From: Macrostomum hystrix
Taxonomy: Eukaryota; Animalia; Platyhelminthes
NCBI GenBank assembly: GCA_950097015.1
Contig: CATNEN010000024.1
Location: forward strand, 6,076,001 to 6,140,000
DNA length: 64,000 nucleotides
Direction: 5' to 3'
Shown here: in pieces, positions 9,792-22,129 of the stretch
How the letters are laid out: every line of letters begins with the position of its first letter
Position numbering within the stretch: the first letter of the stretch is position 1
The notes under the pieces: model-generated
What the model saw: only the letters and a program-made list of their open reading frames with translations
Told to the model about the DNA's origin: nothing
The model's database searches: none
Program-made: the position numbers and the translations under genes

Positions 9792-11341
9792 TATAACAGG
9801 AAAGTTTTGTCTTCCTGTTACCTTCTGCCACAGCAACAGAGAGATAAACGCTCCACGGGCCAGAGGCCCGTTTCTGTGTGGACTCCGGAGTCACATGAAA
9901 AGCGGCAGCCAAGCTCTGCCTCTCGCTTCCAGTGTATTTAAATTCAAGCAGCGCGCACAACAGAGGCAGAATGGGGAGAGAGGGAGAAACGCTGGGAGAT
10001 TGCTAACACAGTGGCAGCTGTTTCTTTGTCCCACACGCACACGCTCCCCAGCGAACGCTCGCCGAACTTCTTCCTCACATTCCTGGGCCGTATCGATCCA
10101 CGGACGACTCGTCGTGTACGCGAATCATGTGAGCCATGCAAATACAATGTTCTGAAGCGTATTTGCAAGGCTTACATATACCCCCGTTTTTCTAACTGAC
10201 ACTCCTGTCAGTGCTTTGGCAGTCTGGATCGCGTTCTTCTTGAATTGTCCTGATGATGACGTTGTCTCGGGGTGACACGACGCGTAGTTCCGTACCAGCC
10301 AGTTGGTTTGCCTAAAAATTGAGGGAGATAAAATTCTAGTCAGCAGCTTCTGTTCAGTTTAGGCCAGGTTTTCTTCCAAGTTGCTTCAGATGAGCCGTGG
10401 GATCCCGATTTGGTCTTCTTATTGCAGCAATTGTCCTGGCCTGCACCCACTATCCACAGCCTCTTCGGACTTGCTGGGTTGCAGCTCAGGCTTCTCTTCG
10501 AGCATTTGCAGTCGAGTTGGTTAATCGGTGAAGCTCACCTGCTTCACGTAGGGCATGTCTTTTGTGCATGCAAATTTAGTGTCAGTGAGAAACTGGCTCG
10601 TAGGCCAAAACACGATTAGAGCCTACTGCGACCGCATTTGTTTTTCATTGTCACATGCTGCCGTAGTCTGACCAAATCCAAAACTAGTAGAGCATTTGAG
10701 GTTAACTTGCAGTTTTTTGTCCAGGTTGATGGTCGTGAATTGTAGATAGTTACTGCCAGTACTGAATTGTAGATAGTTACTCAGTTGCTGGTACGTTGAC
10801 TGCGTCGCATAGCTTTTTCTGCTGATGTTACGTTCGTTCTGTTCGTTTCTCTCTGAAGCCGTTGCAGGAATCTGGTGTCTCGCGGTGTAGGAACCTTTCG
10901 GCAATCACCCATCGTTGACAAAGGCGAAAAGGGTGACTCTCTCTCAGGGAACCACGTATAACAGGAAAGTTTTGTCTTCCTGTTACCTTCTGCCACAGCA
11001 ACAGAGAGATAAACGCTCCACGGGCCAGAGGCCCGTTTCTGTGTGGACTCCGGAGTCACATGAAAAGCGGCAGCCAAGCTCTGCCTCTCGCTTCCAGTGT
11101 ATTTAAATTCAAGCAGCGCGCACAACAGAGGCAGAATGGGGAGAGAGGGAGAAACGCTGGGAGATTGCTAACACAGTGGCAGCTGTTTCTTTGTCCCACA
11201 CGCACACGCTCCCCAGCGAACGCTCGCCGAACTTCTTCCTCACATTCCTGGGCCGTATCGATCCACGGACGACTCGTCGTGTACGCGAATCATGTGAGCC
11301 ATGCAAATACAATGTTCTGAAGCGTATTTGCAAGGCTTACA
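9792..11341 (-). mobile_element. intact non-autonomous LTR retrotransposon (TRIM/LARD-like), 1550 bp
   Basis: Two 385-bp LTRs (9792-10176, 10957-11341) that are identical by eye. TTTTC TSD at 9787-9791 and 11342-11346. On the minus strand the PBS TGGTTCCCTGA lies 2 nt after the 5' LTR and the PPT AGAAAAACGGGGG lies just before the 3' LTR. The 780-bp interior has no recognisable RT or integrase ORF. Confidence 0.93.
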
Positions 11342-11797
11342 TTTTCTATTGCAAGACAAAATTTTAAACTACTTAAAGTAGTATTTAGTAGTCGAAGTAC
11401 TTATGCAGCATTTCCAGTCCTATCATTACAGATATCTGTAGCTTTTCTGTGTTTTTCGTACAGTTTTTTGTCCGAGAATAATTGCATTCGCGATTTTATT
11501 ATATTGTCAGCGTTTTGAAACATACAACCTAACAGTACTTGGAATTGTATTACTTTTGTAAATTTATTTTAGTAAAGTAAACTAACTCTATACATACTAC
11601 TCAGCAATGAAGTAGCATAAGTACCACTTGTAGAAATCAATTAAAGCTAACGAGTGAGAGAAGCCGACTCCTATTTTAGCTGGCTCGCGTTTCTCTAAGC
11701 TACTTATAAGTAGTACGTGACATTTTGTGTAGCGTTGTCCACTGCATGTAAACCGGTATTTGTCGTACATTGAGAACTATAAAACTAATTAAAGCAA

Positions 11798-12085
11798 GAG
11801 CCGCAGCTAGCGACGAGGCAATTCTGCCCATTTTGCCGAATCCTGAGCAGACACGCACACAGATGCCGTGCGCAGGCACACGCTCACACAGGTGTGTACA
11901 TCTGCCCCGACTTTCTCATCATCAGGCAGTGTACACTCTCATTGTGCCTTGAAGGTTGGCCCTTCAAGGGCGCAAATTGCACGACAAGCCCCCAAGCCTT
12001 CTCTCCGCGGCTGCGCCCCAAAAGAATGTGGCCTTGCCGCCTCGCCGCGGCAAGGGACCTTGGTGGGAAAGGCAAACGCGTTATA
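11798..12085 (-). mobile_element. tRNA-derived SINE family B copy
   Basis: Aligns with copies at 22686-23065, 31378-31705 and 35555-35850. Confidence 0.85.
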
Positions 12086-12703
12086 CTGTAATACAAATAT
12101 TTAATTACTATGGGTCTAATGCCACGCCTGCCGGGATCAGACATCGACGTGATTGTAATATTTTCTAAAGCTCGTACCAAAGCGAAAATCTAGTTGCCTA
12201 ACAATAAGAGACAAGTGTGCCCCCTCAGAGCCCTCTAGAAAGCTGTCATAAATTTCTCAGCCGTATAAAATATGCATCAGACAGTAAAATGTGCCATTGT
12301 CATTGTGTCTGGCGAGATTGTGCCAATATATACCACAAGAGCAACTTAGAAAGTGATGTGGCGCCTTCTTAATAAACTCAAGCTGCGAATAAGATTGCTC
12401 AGGAACTGTGTGTGTGTGTGTGCGTGCTTGTGTGTGTGGGCAGTAGCTACATTGTAAAAGTAAACTTAACAACCAATCTCTGGTACTTCAGGATTCAGAT
12501 TGTGTCACGCACTGTGAGTTAATTCGCCCTGAGTATTATCTGATGACCGACCGCACGGGTGGCCGGGCTGCTCAACAACTTAGTATGGATTGGATGAGTA
12601 AAAAAAGAGAGAATAAACAGTAGACTTAGGGCATGGCAAATTGAGCACAGACCCTCCTACATAGACTGGTTTCTACCTGGGTGTCTCTGTTCTCTGTTGT
12701 GTA

Positions 12704-12949
12704 ATGCCACCCCGTCTCACTTTCTTCGTCGCTTTGATGGCGACCATTGTGGCTGTGTGTGTGAGCCCCCGCTAGGCTATTTAACTGACCTTGCTGGTCC
12801 CAGGCGCAATAGGGGAGAAAGTGTTCTTTTGAGCTTCTCAACTGACAGACAGTCGGCCTTTGCCACTTTCTCTTCTTGAGCCAGACTGCCGAGTCTGATG
12901 ACTTCAAGCCAGAGAGTCTTCAAGGCGCCATATCGCCTATCATGTCGCC

Positions 12950-12983
<34 letters not shown>

Positions 12984-13356
12984 ATTGTTACTGACTGACC
13001 CTTCCACAGCTAAATGGAAGAGCCGTCTAATGCAAGTCGCGACAGTCGACAAAGACGCCGGCTCCGGCTCCGATAAATCCGAATCTTTAGACATGGACGA
13101 CGCTCCTCCGACTGTAACTTCGACGTCGTCGAAAGCATCGTCATCATCAACATCGTCATCATCTTCTTCATCAGAGATGTCAGCAAAGGAGGCGGCGGCA
13201 TCGTCCTCGGAGGCTACTAGAAAGAAGTCGGTGAATTTCCGCCTGTCGCCGGAGGAGGAGGCGGCGGAGAAGGAGGCTGAGCTGCTGGCCTCGCTGGGTA
13301 TCGAGTTCAGGCCAGGCTGGTCGCAGCCCTACGGCCGTGGAAAGCGTTGGCGATGA
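12704..13356 (+). pseudogene. candidate secreted prohormone-like gene (2 exons) carrying an apparent 4-bp frameshift duplication
   Basis: Exon 12704-12760 encodes the signal-peptide-like MPPRLTFFVALMATIVAVC and ends at a GTGAGC donor. An acceptor CAG ends at 12884. The phase-0 frame stops at 12996-12998 inside CTGACTGA; removing one CTGA joins it to the GC3-rich frame ending ...RKKSVNF...GWSQPYGRGKRWR*. Confidence 0.45.
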
Positions 13357-13622
13357 CGACTCGCTTCTGGCGGCCTCTGGCTCGTTGTTCATCCGGTCTA
13401 TGGTATTTTTTATAATTCTAACAGTGTTCAATAGAGTTGGAACAGATAATGTATTTAGAGCATGATCCCAGTGTCCGCAAATGCCACCAACACTACTCGT
13501 CAGATGAATTTCAATTCCGTACTCTGGTTCACATCAAATAGAATTGTCTCCTCTATTATATACACTGTCTACTCAAAAGCCTACTTTGTCTACTTTACTA
13601 TTAACTTATAGGCTAACTTTTT

Positions 13623-13802
13623 GAGCGTCGGACTCACACCCTGAATGTCAAGGGTTCGATTCCCGTCTCCACTGAAGGACACTTTACTGAAGGACAGCTT
13701 TAGTTCACCCAGCTGTTTAATGGTGCCCGCATTAGCTGGGGTAATCGAGCCGTACGCAGTCTTCAGATGCGCCGCGCAATAGCTGCGGCTGTGCTGTCGG
13801 CT
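13623..13802 (+). mobile_element. SINE family A, degenerate copy
   Basis: Contains GCGTCGGACTCAC, GGTTCGATTCCC, AGTTCACCCAGCTGTT and CAGATGCGCCGCGCAATAGCTGCGGCTGTGCTGTCGGC. Confidence 0.8.
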
Positions 13803-14508
13803 TAATGTATCTACTCAATCATTTTTCTTGTCGTCTCCGCAACAAACGAGTACTCAGTCTATTCTAAAACTGAAATTGTCTATACTGTACCACTTAATTT
13901 TTTCGCCTCTACAATCTACCTTGCCTTCTCAACCTACCTGCCTGCCAATCTACTATATCTACTCTATCGTCTATTTGTCTACTCTTCAGCACACATTGTC
14001 TACTTTCCAATCTGCCATTTCCAATCTTACAGTCAGTCTGTCTACTCGATTTCACTCAACTCTAGCCCGTACACTTGCCCCGCATGCCACTGATTGTGGA
14101 TGCTGTTTGTCAACGCAAAATGTAAATTTTTCTCGATATTCGATAAAAACTTCAATTTATCGAGAAAAGAAAGTACTTCACAATAACGAATCCTCCGTAC
14201 AGGTTGGAATTATTAAAAAAATGTAACAGACTTTTCATTTCAAATTCTTTAATTATTATTTTATTGCTTTTCATTGTAAATGCCAAGTGAAAGTCACCGA
14301 TGCAGAGCGTTTCAATTAAGTTCAGATTTGGAGTGGCTTGAAATTTGACACCTCACTTCTACTTGCATGGCTTCCTGGCAAACAAAGGAAAATGGGATCT
14401 CATTTCCAGGGCGGTGCCAGGGATCTACTCGTAGCATCAAGTGGCATTAAGTAGCTGTCAAAGAAAATCGATTGCAACCTTAGATTTGTGATTGGCAGCT
14501 TAGATCTT

Positions 14509-14730
<222 letters not shown>

Positions 14731-15353
14731 CGTCGCCCTCTTAAACACGAAGCCAAGTGTTTTCCATCGGCGCTGAAGCGTGAGGAACAAAGCTGAGCCT
14801 CTGGGTAGCAGTCTTAGAAAATTGCCAGGGAAAGCACGAAGGCCGGGCAATGAAGGAGAAAACAGCTCCGGTGAGGCCAGAGAACAGATAGAGAAGCAGC
14901 AGACCTGAGCCTTGGAGCATTTAGGAAAGAGATCCACCCATTGGTGATTCGGGCAGAATGCGTGGCAGACACTGGGAGCAAAGAAGAGCGGAGGGTGCGG
15001 CAGCAGCAGCGGTTTGGCGGATTGAAAATAGGGAAAATAGGAGACCAAAAGGGGGGCAGATTTTTGGTGCCGGGAGACCGCGAGTGGAAGAAGGCAGGCG
15101 TGGGTAGAGGGGGTAGCGGAGGAAGGGGAACGGCACGCGGAGCGGGGCGGGCTTCCAGACTGTTAGGAGAGAGGAGGGTGGAAATAAAAGCTGCACGGAA
15201 GAAAGGCCGGCTGAGCCTTGCCCTAGTGTGGCGGAGAGCACCCGGATCTGGGGTCAAGAAAATAAAAGAAGAAGCAGAAGAGAAGCCGGCGGAGCCACCA
15301 GAAGAGATTTCCAGTTGATTTTGTTCGCTCGACAAGCCGTGAAGCCGGGCGCA

Positions 15354-16400
15354 ATGTACGCCGGCGGCTCAGCGCTACCAGACTATGCCAATGTGGAGGC
15401 GATGCGGCACCACCGGGCACAGCAGAAGCGGCCAGCATCGCCGTCGATTTCCATCAAGTCCGGAAGCTGCGGCAACAGCGGCGGCAGCGATAATCAAGAG
15501 AATGACGGATGCTGCTGCTGCTGTTGCTGCTCCTGCTGCGGAAGCCTGCAGGGCGAGTTGGACGATCGGGCGGGCCGGTTCGCCAGCGCGCTGCTGCTGT
15601 TGGCAGCCCTGCTGCTGTCCGTTGATGCGGCTCGGCTGACGATGTTCGGCTGGCACTCGGACGGCGACTATTTGAAGTTTAACTTTGCCGGCATCGGCAA
15701 CGATGTCGACTGGCCCCGTTGCGTTGGCGTCGGCGGCGGCTTTGTCGGTGGCGTCAACGGCGGCGGAACTGGCGCAGCGGCTCCGGCCATCAGCCGTTCG
15801 GCTCGGGACACGACCGGCTGGCTGACGGAGGCCCACCAGACCCTGACCGCCGGCCTCCTGCTGGCTGGCGAAGCAGTTGACGCCGGACTGCGCTTGCCAC
15901 CACCACGGCAGCCGCCGAAGCCGCTGACTCTGGCTTTGAATCACATCGGCTGGGCTGCCAGCGTCTGCCTGCTGGCCGCCGCCATCCTGCCTGCCTGCCT
16001 GCGGTCGCGCCGGCCCGCCCGCTGTTCCCTGATCTCAGGAGCCGTCCTGTCGGCTGCGGCTGTGCTCCTGGCCCTGATGGCCACCTCCGCCTGCCTCGTG
16101 AAGATCTACTTCTTCTCGCTGTGCGAGGTGGGCAGCTCGCAGGCGCGGCCGCCGCGCTACGACAGTCTGGTGCCGCCCTGTCCGCTGCTCCGCAAGGCCT
16201 TCTTCTGCGCCGAGTGCTTCAGCCTCCTGGTGCTGATTGCTGCTGCTTGTATGGCCGCCTGCCTGCTGGCCTTCCTCAGCCGGGCGCTGTGCGACTGCGG
16301 AGACGGGCAGCGGCGGCGACGTCGGCTGGGGCGACCGCGTCGGCTGCAGCGGAGGCAGGACGCAGACTGCTACGAAGACAGTGCCGGATTTACTGTGTGA
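15354..16400 (+). CDS. intronless four-transmembrane protein with claudin/PMP22-like topology, about 348 aa
   Basis: GC3-rich ORF from ATG 15354 (open from GTG 15228). Four hydrophobic segments (ASALLLLAALLLSV, IGWAASVCLLAAAIL, LISGAVLSAAAVLLALMA, FSLLVLIAAACMAACLLAFL), a large first loop, a poly-Cys tract before TM1 and C-terminal FTV. Family assignment rests on topology only. Confidence 0.75.
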   Translation: MYAGGSALPDYANVEAMRHHRAQQKRPASPSISIKSGSCGNSGGSDNQENDGCCCCCCCSCCGSLQGELDDRAGRFASALLLLAALLLSVDAARLTMFGWHSDGDYLKFNFAGIGNDVDWPRCVGVGGGFVGGVNGGGTGAAAPAISRSARDTTGWLTEAHQTLTAGLLLAGEAVDAGLRLPPPRQPPKPLTLALNHIGWAASVCLLAAAILPACLRSRRPARCSLISGAVLSAAAVLLALMATSACLVKIYFFSLCEVGSSQARPPRYDSLVPPCPLLRKAFFCAECFSLLVLIAAACMAACLLAFLSRALCDCGDGQRRRRRLGRPRRLQRRQDADCYEDSAGFTV

Positions 16401-17374
16401 GAATGAGGATAATAGAGAGCTGGTTTAGCTGCCAGCTTATACTTGCTACATTTTTACTTTGGTCCTGCAAAAGAGAAGTTCTGAGAAAAAAATTAACAAA
16501 ATTTTCCGTGACAAGATTTACGGCTTTCAGTAACTCCCAGATCTCATACACTTTTATGCATGTAGCTTAACTCTCCTTATCTCTTATCTTTTCCCTTCCC
16601 TCTTCTCTTACCCCTCTCTCCTCCTGCCTCTTCCCTCTCTCCTCTTCCCTCTCCCCTCTTACCTCCTCTCTCTCCTCTTCCCTCTCTCCTCTTCCCTCTT
16701 CCCTTTTTTTCTCTCCCGAAGCATCCCTAATTTTTCAGTTTATCCTATATTCCCTATTGTCCCAACCCATCCATCCCCGCTTGTTTCACCAAACCTCTTT
16801 CTAGCATCAGTTTCAAACTTAGGGATTAGTACCTGACGCAATTTTGGTATATTTTAATTTTGCCTAGCTCTTGATGTTTTATAATATATGACATAACAAT
16901 ATTTTAATTAAATTTACAGATTAACTTGCCGAATGGCGAGATTAACCCGACGGAGATTTAATTACGAGCCCCAATTTCCTGAAAGATATTCTTAGTAATC
17001 TCTCCTCTTTCTATTTAACTGCAGAGCCGGTATATACATATATGTATAGATATTAAAGCTACACAGTACTTCAGTATCATTTCACAGAGGCTCTTTTGCT
17101 AAGTTCGTTGCTTCAATGTTCTTTTTTGCTTCCTGTGAGTTTGTATTGCTTCTGTTCTGTAATAAGACTGCAAAATATGCAAGCCTTAGATTTATCGAAA
17201 GCTTAATAAAAAACTTTCACAGCTACCATTCAGCATTGTGCAGTCACGTAATGAATCAAATCAGAACACAATGATTGATCTGACTTCAAAGGGTATGAAA
17301 ATGTTGTATATAAGAGAGTAATGGGACGGAAAGGAGAGGAAAAAGAGAGAAGCATGACAGGTGAACGGAGTAAG

Positions 17375-17900
17375 GAAAGTTGAAGGAAAGTGGAAGGAGA
17401 GGGGAAGGAAAGTGGAAGGAGAGGGGAAGAAGAGGGGAAGAAGAGGGGAAGGAGAGGGGAAGGAGAGGGGAAGGAGAGGGGAAGGAGAGGGGAAGGAAGT
17501 AGAAGGAGAGGGGAAGGAGAGGGGATGGAGAGGGGAAGGAAGTAGAAGGAGGGGGGAAGGAGAGGGGATGGAGAGGGGAAGGAAGTAGAAGGAGGGGGGA
17601 AGGAGAGGGGATGGAGAGGGGAAGGAAGTGGAAGGAGAGGGGAAAGAAAGTGGAAGTAGAGGGGAAGGAGAGGGGAAGGAGAGGGGAAGGAGAGGGGATG
17701 GAGAGGGGAAGGAAGTGGAAGGAGAGGGGAAGGAGAGGGGAAGGAGAGGGGAAGGAGAGGGGAAGGAAGTGGAAGGAGAGGGGAAGGAAGTAGAAGGAGG
17801 GGGGAAGGAGAGGGGATGGAGAGGGGAAGGAAGTGGAAGGAGAGGGGAAGGAGAGGGGAAGGAGAGGGGAAGGAAGTGGAAGGAGAGGGGAAGGAGATGG
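17375..17900. repeat. polypurine GGAAGGAGAGG-type low-complexity array
   Basis: Almost pure G/A tandem repeats. Confidence 0.9.
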
Positions 17901-18309
17901 GAAGGATGGAGACAGGCGATCTTCCCTCATGACTGACGGATTGATGGCGAGTCCAAGTAGACAGCCGGGCAATTGCGAGGAAGCGAGAGAAGCGGTCGAA
18001 CGAAGAGTCAGGAAGCTGGACCCGAGCTCTAATCCGCAGTGACAGGCCTCCGTAATGGAGGCTCAGCCGTATCACGCTGGGTGGTGGTGCAAAAAATAAT
18101 CGAACTTTTAGCAACTCGACTCTCGGATTTCTTGGGTAACGATTTTTCCACCAACTATGCAAGCTGAGAAGATTTTGAGCATAAAAAAAAGCTTGGTGTC
18201 TGATCCGCAAAACAAGATTCTATTACGATAATCGACAAGTCGCTGTGTCTTTGCCCGTAAAAAGACGCCTTGATATAAAAAATTCCCTTCCTTAGAACAT
18301 GAGTAATCC

Positions 18310-18808
18310 CAGACTGTTGGGATCTCGAATGTGACAGGGGATCAGACTGTTGGGATCTCGAAGGTGACAGGGGATCAGACTGTTGGGATCTCGAAGGTGA
18401 CAGGGGATCAGACTGTTGGGATCTCGAAGGTGACAGGGGATCAGACTGTTGGGATCTCGAAGGTGACAGGGGATCAGACTGTTGGGATCTCGAAGGTGAC
18501 AGGGGATCAGACTGTTGGGATCTCGAAGGTGACAGGGGATCAGACTGTTGGGATCTCGAAGGTGACAGGGGATCAGACTGTTGGGATCTCGAATGTGACA
18601 GGGGATCAGACTGTTGGGATCTCGAAGGTGACAGGGGATCAGACTGTTGGGATCTCGAATGTGACAGGGGATCAGACTGTTGGGATCTCGAATGTGACAG
18701 GGGATCAGACTGTTGGGATCTCGAATGTGACAGGGGATCAGACTGTTGGGATCTCGAATGTGACAGGGGATCAGACTGTTGGGATCTTAAACGTGACTGG
18801 GGATCATA
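18310..18808. repeat. 33-bp minisatellite (GTGACAGGGGATCAGACTGTTGGGATCTCGAAG)
   Basis: About 15 tandem copies. Confidence 0.95.
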
Positions 18809-19667
18809 AATTGAAATCAGAAAAAGTTCTGCTCATGCTACACATTTTCTAAAGGAAGTACTTATTTTAGCAGAGCAATTCTCAATCAGAGGCGCGCATC
18901 CAGCGGCCCTCTTAACCAATAAATCAATCTCCCCTAGGCAGCCTACGGTTGCCCACTACCCCCTCACTCTGTCTGTCTCTCCAGCAGCTCTTAAGGGGAG
19001 ATAAATATCGGTTGGAAGGCATGGTTTGAGTACGCGAGTGAAGAGGCCCTTGATGGCTGCTGTTGCTGCTGCTGCTGCTGCTACCGACTGCTGGGTATTT
19101 GCCCAAGTCCTTGTTGTCCAGCTTCGCACATTTTGTACTTCTATGCAGAAAAAATTTGTTCGCTCATTGCCCAACTTAAACTCAAACATAATCTCGGCCT
19201 GGTTGGTGTAATCAGTTGAGGCGCAGTGCTCAATGGAAATTATTCAGCTAGCAGCGATTAGACTCTAATCCTCTGAGTCGGAAAATCGATTAGAATTAAT
19301 CGCGGAATTAGATAAGTGCATTAAATCCAAAATTTTACGAAGAAGAGCTGATCAGAAATTGTCGAGTAGTTTTTGCTGCCCCTAGTCACTGATGGGACAG
19401 GAGTTTGGCCTCGAAACGCTTTTGCATTTTTTTGCGTTTTGCATTATTGATTCAGATCCCAAAAAGGGAGCTGTGAAATTCAGGCAGACGGGTGGTGTAT
19501 TTTCTATTTATCCCTTATCGGGCAAAAACAGATTAGGGACTGCGGCGTTAAAGGGCCACATATGCCAAGAGCGTAGAGCGTCTATGCAAATTATTATTTT
19601 AATAAATGCACTTTTAGCCCATGAGGTATAGCACAAATTCTGTTCGAGCATACCAAGGACTGTATAA

Positions 19668-20540
19668 ATTCAGTTTGAGCACACAATTCCTATATAGAAT
19701 TCAGTTTGAGCACACATAATTCCTATATGGAATTCAGTTTGAGCACACAATTCCTACATGGAATTCAGTTTGAGCACACAATTCCTATATAGAATTCAGT
19801 TTGAGCACACAATTCCTATATGGAATTCAGTTTGAGCACATAATTCCTATATAGAATTCAGTTTGAGCACACATAATTCCTATATGGAATTCAGTTTGAG
19901 CACATAATTCCTATATGGAATTCAGTTTGAGCACACAATTCCTATATGGAATTCAGTTTGAGCACACAATTCCTATATAGAATTCAGTTTGAGCACACAA
20001 TTCCTATATGGAATTCAGTTTGAGCACACATAATTCCTATATGGAATTCAGTTTGAGCACACAATTCCTATATGGAATTCAGTTTGAGCACACAATTCCT
20101 ATATGGAATTCAGTTTGAGCACACAATTCCTATATGGAATTCAGTTTGAGCACATAATTCCTATATAGAATTCAGTTTGAGCACACATAATTCCTATATG
20201 GAATTCAGTTTGAGCACATAATTCCTATATGGAATTCAGTTTGAGCACATAATTCCTATATAGAATTCAGTTTGAGCACACATAATTCCTATATAGAATT
20301 CAGTTTGAGCACACATAATTCCTATATAGAATTTGGTTTGAGCACACATAATTCCTATATAGAATTTGGTTTGAGCACACATAATTCCTATATAGAATTT
20401 GGTTTGAGCACACAATTCCTATATAGAATTCAGTTTGAGCACACAATTCCTATATAGAACTCAGTTTGAGCACACATAATTCCTATATAGAATTTGGTTT
20501 GAGCACACATAATTCCTATATAGAATTAAGGTTTGAGCAC
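19668..20540. repeat. 31/33-bp minisatellite (AATTCAGTTTGAGCACACAATTCCTATATGG)
   Basis: About 27 tandem copies. Many units contain the small hairpin AATTCC-TATAT-GGAATT. Confidence 0.95.
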
Positions 20541-20885
20541 CCTAGAAACTATAAATTCAAAGACAGACACCTAATTCAATTTCCAATATCCTACTCGAAC
20601 AATTTGACTAACTAGAGTCTTTGAAGCAGATTGAAAAGAAGGCAGTTGCCACGCGATGCTTTTTGCTAATTTTCCCGCTAGAAAAAGTGCGAGCTACAGC
20701 TGCTGCGGGCTCCATCATTGCTGTCCCTTTTATGCAAATCAATTATTGATTAGAGCTCTGGCTCATTCTAGCATTGTAAGTAAATTAGTAAGGAGGGAGG
20801 AGACTATTGCTGAGGACTGTATAAATTATCAGGCTGTGTTTCAGGCTGTGAAATAGATGAGTTTTAAGCTCCTTGCAATGAGCAC

Positions 20886-22128
20886 TCACAGCACAGCAGA
20901 CATTGTGCTGAGCATTCACAACACAGCAGACATTGTGCTGAGCATTCACAACACAGCAGACATTGTGCTGAGTATTCACAACACAGCAGACATTGTGCTG
21001 AGTATTCACAACACAGCAGACATTGTGCTCAGCATTCACAGCACAGCAGACATTGTGCTGAGCATTCACAACACAGCAGACATTGTGCTGAGCATTCACA
21101 ACTCAGCAGACATTGTGCTGAATTTTCACAACACAGCAGACATTGTGCTGAATTTTCACAACACAGCAGACATTGTCCTGAGTATTCACAACACAGCAGA
21201 CATTGTGCTGAATTTTCACAACACAGCAGACATTGTGCTGAATTTTCACAACACAGCAGACATTGTCCTGAGTATTCACAACACAGCAGACATTGTCCTG
21301 AGTATTCACAACACAGCAGACATTGTGCTGAATTTTCACAACACAGCAGACATTGTGCTGAGTATTCACAACACAGCAGACATTGTGCTGAGCATTCACA
21401 ACACAGCAGACATTGTGCTGAGCATTCACAACACAGCAGACATTGTGCTGAGTATTCACAGCACAGCAGACATTGTCCTGAGTATTCACAGCACAGCAGA
21501 CATTGTGCTGAGTATTCACAACACAGCAGACATTGTGCTGAGCATTCACAACACAGCAGACATTGTGCTGAGTATTCACAACACAGCAGACATTGTGCTG
21601 AGTATTCACAACACAGCAGACATTGTGCTGAGTATTCACAACACAGCAGACATTGTGCTGAGCATTCACAACACAGCAGACATTGTGCTGAGTATTCACA
21701 ACACAGCAGACATTGTGCTGAGTATTCACAACACAGCAGACATTGTGCTGAGTATTCACCACACAGCAGACATTGTGCTGAGCATTCACAACACAGCAGA
21801 CATTGTGCTGAGCATTCACAACACAGCAGACATTGTGCTGAGTATTCACAACACAGCAGACATTGTCCTGAGCATTCACAACACAGCAGACATTGTGCTG
21901 AGTATTCACAACACAGCAGACATTGTGCTGAGCATTCACAACACAGCAGACATTGTGCTGAGCATTCACAACACAGCAGACATTGTGCTGAGTATTCACA
22001 ACACAGCAGACATTGTGCTGAGTATTCACAACACAGCAGACATTGTGCTGAGCATTCACAACACAGCAGACATTGTGCTGAGCATTCACAACACAGCAGA
22101 CATTGTGCTGAGCATTCACAACACAGCA
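20886..22128. repeat. 30-bp minisatellite (CACAACACAGCAGACATTGTGCTGAGTATT)
   Basis: About 41 tandem copies, abutting a SINE head. Confidence 0.95.
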
Positions 22129-22129
22129 A

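Noticed and set aside
10177-10956. gag/pol coding remnant in the LTR element
   Set aside because: Only short ORFs, with no zinc knuckle, YxDD or DDE motif that I can recognise.
12777-13201. minus-strand acidic/poly-Cys ORFs
   Set aside because: They are the codon-aligned antisense shadow of the GC3-rich plus-strand frame.
13219-13356. assignment of the predicted peptide to NPY/NPF, luqin or GnRH families
   Set aside because: The C-terminus (QPYGR-amide) lacks the RPRF/RF-amide, WRPQGRF or WxPG signatures.
18310-22128. CRISPR-like arrays of 30-33-bp repeats
   Set aside because: Units are head-to-tail with no unique spacers, there are no cas genes, and the context is eukaryotic.
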